Shown: piece by piece, positions 52,770-56,568 of the stretch
Layout of the letters: each line of letters starts with the position of its first letter
Position numbering within the stretch: position 1 is the stretch's first letter
Origin: Geobacter sp.
GTDB taxonomy: Bacteria > Desulfobacterota > Desulfuromonadia > Geobacterales > Pseudopelobacteraceae
Assembly (NCBI GenBank): GCA_031396605.1
Contig: JANNLB010000155.1
Coordinates: 1 to 56,568 of the forward strand
Reading direction: 5' to 3'
Length of the DNA stretch: 56,568 nucleotides
Program-made: the position numbers and the translations under genes
Notes under the pieces: generated by a model
Told to the model about the DNA's origin: nothing
Seen by the model: only the letters and a program-made list of their open reading frames with translations
The model's database searches: none

Positions 52770-55700
52770 CAGAATAGAAACAGCATTAAAAGTTGGCGTG
52801 CGTGATCCCCGAGGCGAGCGGATCAATCGCGAGATCAAGCACTTCCTGCAGCTTGAGGTTGAAGAGGTACGTACGCTTGACGTATACACGCTCGATACGG
52901 ACCTAGGCGGAAATGAGCTGGAACAGGCCGCCGCCGGTCCCTTCAGTGATCCGGTTATTCAGCTCTGGAGCATCGATCGGCCGCTTGCCGCCGATTTCGA
53001 TTTTGCCGTGGAAGTCGGATTCCGCCCTGGTGTTACCGACAATGTCGGACGCACCGCCCGCGAGGCGGTCGCCTACCTGACCGGCCGTCCCTCCGCTCCC
53101 GGCGACGGGGTGTATTACTCGGTGCAATACCTTCTCAAAGGCAAGTCCCACCCTCACCCCAACCCTCTCTTTATGCCCCAGAGGGTACCTGAGGGCGAGG
53201 GAGTTTTAAGCTTGGCCGATGTAGAGAGAATTGCCACCGGCCTCCTCTGCAACACCCTTATTCAGCGCTACAGCATCCTTTCAGCCGCCGATTTCGCTGC
53301 AAAAGGGGGCTTTCCGGTTACCGTGCCCAAGGTCAGCGGCGAAATGAAGGCCGAGGTGCGTGAGATCGATCTGGAAGTTTCGGACGAAGAGCTGATGCGA
53401 ATCAGCAAGGATGGGGTTCTGGCGCTGACTCTGGATGAAATGAAGATCATCCAGGCCCACTACCGTGACGCACAGACCCTGGCAGGGCGCCGGAAACATG
53501 GTCTTGGCGCGAAACCGACCGACGTGGAGCTGGAATGTCTGGCCCAGACCTGGTCGGAGCACTGCAAACACAAGATCTTTGCCGGCACCGTGCAGTATGA
53601 GGATGAAAAAGGCAACCGTCAGGAGATAAAATCGCTGTTCAAATCATTTATCCAGCGCACGACTAAAGAGGTCCGCGAACGGATGGGGGAGAAGGATTTC
53701 TGCCTCTCCGTATTCAAGGACAACGCCGGCGTGATTAAATTTAATGATACTCACTCTCTGGTTTTCAAGGTTGAAACCCATAACTCCCCATCAGCCCTTG
53801 ATCCGTACGGCGGGGCGCTGACCGGCATCGTCGGCGTCAACCGTGACCCTTTCGGCACCGGTATAGGATCAAAACTGATCTTCAACACAGATGTCTTCTG
53901 TTTTGCCGACCCGTTCTATGCCAAGCCGCTTCCCAGCCGCTTGCTGCATCCGCGACGGATCTACGAAGGTGTCGTCGAAGGGGTCGAGCATGGCGGCAAC
54001 AAGAGCGGCATCCCGACCGTCAACGGTTCGCTGGTTTTTGATGACCGTTTTGCCGGCAAACCGCTGGTATTCTGCGGTACCGCCGGTCTGATGCCCGCCG
54101 TGGTCAACGGCCTCCCGGCGCACGAAAAGTCCATCAAGCCGGGCGACCTGATCGTCATGACCGGTGGCCGCATCGGCAAGGACGGCATCCACGGCGCGAC
54201 CTTCTCGTCAGAAGAACTCAACGAGAACTCGCCGGTTACGGCGGTGCAGATCGGCGATCCGATCACCCAGAAGCGGATGTTCGACTTTCTGATCCGGGCT
54301 CGCGACAAGGGGCTCTACCGTTTCATCACCGATAACGGCGCCGGCGGCTTGTCATCCTCTATCGGCGAGATGGCCGGTGAGTGCGGCGGCTGCCGGATGG
54401 ACCTTGCCAAGGCGCCGCTCAAATATCCCGGTCTCAACCCCTGGGAGATCCTTATTTCCGAAGCTCAGGAGCGGATGTCACTGGCTGTTCCCCCCGAACA
54501 GGTTGACGAGTTTCTGGCCATGGCCGTCCGCTTCGGCGTCGAGGCAACCGTGCTGGGTGAATTCACCGACAATGGGGTCTTCCATATGCTCTACGGCGAG
54601 CAGACGGTCGCCTGGCTGCCGATGGAATTCATGCATGAGGGACTCCCTCCGATGCAGCTGTCTGCCAAGTGGACCCCTCCGCAGCATCAGGAACCGGAGC
54701 TGGAAGTTAAAGAGAATTACACGAGCGACCTGATGCAGCACCTCTCCGCGCTTAACATCTGCTCTAAAGAGTCGGTGGTTCGCCGCTACGACCATGAAGT
54801 TCAGGGTGGCTCCGTCGTCAAGCCGTTCACCGGAGTAGCCAACGACGGCCCCTCCGATGCGGCGGTTGTCAGGCCGCTGCTCGATTCATTCGAGGGTGTT
54901 GTGACAGCCCACGGCATCTGCCCGCGATTCTCGGATATCGATACTTATCACATGACCGCCAACGCAGTTGACGAGTCACTGCGCAACTACGTGGCGGTCG
55001 GCGGTTCACTGGACCTTGTCGCCGGTCTGGACAACTTCTGCTGGTGCGATCCGGTCCTGTCGGAGAAGACGCCGGACGGTTCTTACAAGATGGCCCAGCT
55101 GGTGCGCTCCAATCAGGCGCTCTATGACATCTGCATGGCGTACAACCTGCCGTTGATCTCCGGTAAGGACTCCATGAAGAACGACTTCTATGACGGTACG
55201 ACCAAGATATCGATCCCGCCGACGCTGCTTTTCTCGGTCATCGGCAAGATCGATGATGCCAGAAAGGCGGTCACGATGGATGTCAAGCGTCCGGGCGATA
55301 TCGTCTATCTGCTCGGCAAAACGGCGGACGAACTGGGTGGCTCAGAATATATGGCGCTCTCCGGAGCGATCGGCAACAAGGTGCCGCACGTTGATACCGC
55401 CAGGGCGTATCTCCGCTATCAGGCCTATCACGAAGCGGTCACCGAGGGAACGGTTGCTTCCTGCCATGATCTCTCCGACGGCGGCCTGGCGGTGGCAGCG
55501 GCCGAATCAGCCTTTGCCGGAGGGTACGGCATGAACCTGGATCTTTCCCGCATTCTCTGGAAGGGTGATGCGGCTGGCAGGAACGACTGTACGCTGCTCT
55601 TCTCCGAGTCGGCTTCCCGTCACCTCGTGACGGTTCACCCGGAAAAGCGCGCCCAATTCGAGACGGTCATGAGCGGTAACTGTTTTGCTTCGATCGGTGT

Positions 55701-55812
55701 AATAACGACAGAACAGCTGCTTTCAATAACCGGATTGAATGGCGCAGTCGTTGTCTCAGCGGATCTGGCCGAGCTGAAAGAGGCGTGGCAGCAGACGTTG
55801 AGAGAGCTGTAA
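52762..55812 (+). CDS. purL: Phosphoribosylformylglycinamidine synthase PurL with N-terminal PurS-like region
   Basis: 1016 aa. AIR-synthase-related repeats include DPYGGALTGIVGVNRD and ITDNGAGGLSSSIGEM. There is no glutaminase domain. Confidence 0.9.
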   Translation: MANRIETALKVGVRDPRGERINREIKHFLQLEVEEVRTLDVYTLDTDLGGNELEQAAAGPFSDPVIQLWSIDRPLAADFDFAVEVGFRPGVTDNVGRTAREAVAYLTGRPSAPGDGVYYSVQYLLKGKSHPHPNPLFMPQRVPEGEGVLSLADVERIATGLLCNTLIQRYSILSAADFAAKGGFPVTVPKVSGEMKAEVREIDLEVSDEELMRISKDGVLALTLDEMKIIQAHYRDAQTLAGRRKHGLGAKPTDVELECLAQTWSEHCKHKIFAGTVQYEDEKGNRQEIKSLFKSFIQRTTKEVRERMGEKDFCLSVFKDNAGVIKFNDTHSLVFKVETHNSPSALDPYGGALTGIVGVNRDPFGTGIGSKLIFNTDVFCFADPFYAKPLPSRLLHPRRIYEGVVEGVEHGGNKSGIPTVNGSLVFDDRFAGKPLVFCGTAGLMPAVVNGLPAHEKSIKPGDLIVMTGGRIGKDGIHGATFSSEELNENSPVTAVQIGDPITQKRMFDFLIRARDKGLYRFITDNGAGGLSSSIGEMAGECGGCRMDLAKAPLKYPGLNPWEILISEAQERMSLAVPPEQVDEFLAMAVRFGVEATVLGEFTDNGVFHMLYGEQTVAWLPMEFMHEGLPPMQLSAKWTPPQHQEPELEVKENYTSDLMQHLSALNICSKESVVRRYDHEVQGGSVVKPFTGVANDGPSDAAVVRPLLDSFEGVVTAHGICPRFSDIDTYHMTANAVDESLRNYVAVGGSLDLVAGLDNFCWCDPVLSEKTPDGSYKMAQLVRSNQALYDICMAYNLPLISGKDSMKNDFYDGTTKISIPPTLLFSVIGKIDDARKAVTMDVKRPGDIVYLLGKTADELGGSEYMALSGAIGNKVPHVDTARAYLRYQAYHEAVTEGTVASCHDLSDGGLAVAAAESAFAGGYGMNLDLSRILWKGDAAGRNDCTLLFSESASRHLVTVHPEKRAQFETVMSGNCFASIGVITTEQLLSITGLNGAVVVSADLAELKEAWQQTLREL

Positions 55813-55819
55813 ACCCATA

Positions 55820-55895
55820 GTAGGTTGGGCAAAACGACAGTGTGCCCAACAAGACCGGTGCGGATGTTGGGCACATTTCACTTTGCCCAACCTAC
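55820..55895. repeat. REP-like double palindrome after purL (may double as a terminator)
   Basis: The outer stem is GTAGGTTGGGCAAA ... TTTGCCCAACCTAC. The inner stem is TGTGCCCAACA ... TGTTGGGCACA. Confidence 0.7.
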
Positions 55896-56009
55896 GAGCT
55901 GCTGGATAAGGTGTAAAGTGGTTATTGATGTAGTAAAATAGCAACCAGGGTTGGAGAATGTTTACTTCGTTGTGAGGGAACATAAGCAGTCAGATTTTGG
56001 AGGTTAATT

Positions 56010-56237
56010 ATGTTGACTGATCTAAAAACCTTTGAAGCTGAAGCATTGACTTTGCCTGTTTCTCAGCGTGCTATATTGGCGCAACACCTTCTGGCTAGCC
56101 TTGATGATGTTAATGAGCAGGAAAATGAGTTGTTGTGGTTGAGGGAAGCGCAACGACGATATAAAGCCTACAAAAACGGCAATGTTTCATCTCGGGATGC
56201 TTTTGAGGCAATCGCCGATGTGCGTGGGCAGTTGTGA
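56010..56237 (+). CDS. Putative addiction-module antitoxin component
   Basis: 75 aa. FEAEALTLPVSQRAILAQHLLASLD...WLREAQRRYKAYKNG is typical of this small antitoxin family. Confidence 0.6.
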   Translation: MLTDLKTFEAEALTLPVSQRAILAQHLLASLDDVNEQENELLWLREAQRRYKAYKNGNVSSRDAFEAIADVRGQL

Positions 56238-56368
56238 TCTATGCAACTCGCCTGCTTCTTCCAGCAGAGCATGAAATGTTTGATGCCGCTCGCTACTATG
56301 AATTGCAAGCTGCCTGGAGGAAAAGAGCCTATCTGCAGCAACGATCAAAAAACACTGTTCAAACGTAG
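56234..56368 (+). pseudogene. Truncated RelE/ParE-like toxin remnant
   Basis: A GTG overlaps the antitoxin stop (GTGA). AEHEMFDAARYYELQA resembles the RelE/ParE N-terminal helix. The ORF is only 44 codons. Confidence 0.35.
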
Positions 56369-56568
56369 ATTTCTATATCAATGAGTTTCTTCTGCATGAG
56401 GAAAACATTGAAGCTGCTGACGGAACAGAAGATATTGGAGAGTTTTTGGGTTTTTGGTTTATTCGTAAAGCGATGTGGGCAAGTCCGGCTGCCATAAAGG
56501 AGAATGCTTCGAGCCTGAAAACTTTTTATAAATTCATGCTAGAAAACGGTAAAATATCAAAGGAATCA
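56302..56568 (+). CDS. Open frame running off the right edge, with no canonical start seen (hypothetical; fragment)
   Basis: The frame opens after the TGA at 56299 and stays open to the window end. The protein-like translation is LEEKSLSAATIKKHCSNVDFYINEFLL...IKENASSLKTFYKFMLENGKISKE. Confidence 0.25.
   Translation, partial: MASCLEEKSLSAATIKKHCSNVDFYINEFLLHEENIEAADGTEDIGEFLGFWFIRKAMWASPAAIKENASSLKTFYKFMLENGKISKES

Overview
This is a 56.6-kb bacterial chromosomal window. The gene content looks deltaproteobacterial, Desulfuromonadales-like; that is inference from gene repertoire only, with no search run.

Bases 1-23318 look like one end of an integrated, partly decayed conjugative island.
- The right edge holds a P4-type tyrosine integrase (21696-23054, minus strand). 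Next to it are four 11-bp tandem repeats, then a 3' half of tRNA-Gly(CCC) (about 23272-23318) followed by a terminator. I read that fragment as the att site.
- Moving inward there is an AbiEi/AbiEii module, then a GC-rich remnant of an F-type transfer region on the minus strand (12.6-19.5 kb): lytic transglycosylase, NusA-like protein, T4CP-like ATPase, HD-domain protein that may be a MOBH relaxase, TraF and TraH.
- Bases 1-12551 are a more AT-rich plus-strand cargo block, and this is the most interesting part.
  - It opens with ClpP, a PP2C phosphatase, a PRTase fused to a P-loop-less RecA/DnaB-like domain, and a Macro domain protein.
  - Then come ORFans, an outer-membrane beta-barrel, a SAM methyltransferase, a divergent stand-alone receiver, a membrane protein, and an NTase-like/PcfJ-like protein.
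  - It ends with a Macro C-terminal remnant, a second copy of the receiver, and a DUF1848 Fe-S protein.
  - Internal duplications (Macro 3' end plus a 40-bp motif, and the receiver gene) suggest two diverged copies of a Macro-to-receiver module.
  - I propose this block as a candidate undescribed nucleotide/ADP-ribose-centred conflict or RNA-repair-type system. Function is inference only.

Bases 23.3-56.6 kb are mostly core chromosome:
- a PagL-like hydrolase, gene remnants and a di-haem cytochrome lipoprotein;
- a four-gene His-kinase/receiver cluster;
- glnD, xerD, pgpH-ybeY-dgkA(PAP2 fusion) and asnS;
- an islet of four toxin-antitoxin modules (higBA, MNT with a truncated HEPN, AbrB/PIN, RHH/PIN) containing REP-like repeats;
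- DUF503, an MBL hydrolase, purB, mscS and purL;
- a further antitoxin with a decayed toxin.

I found no rRNA, intact tRNA, CRISPR array or IS transposase.
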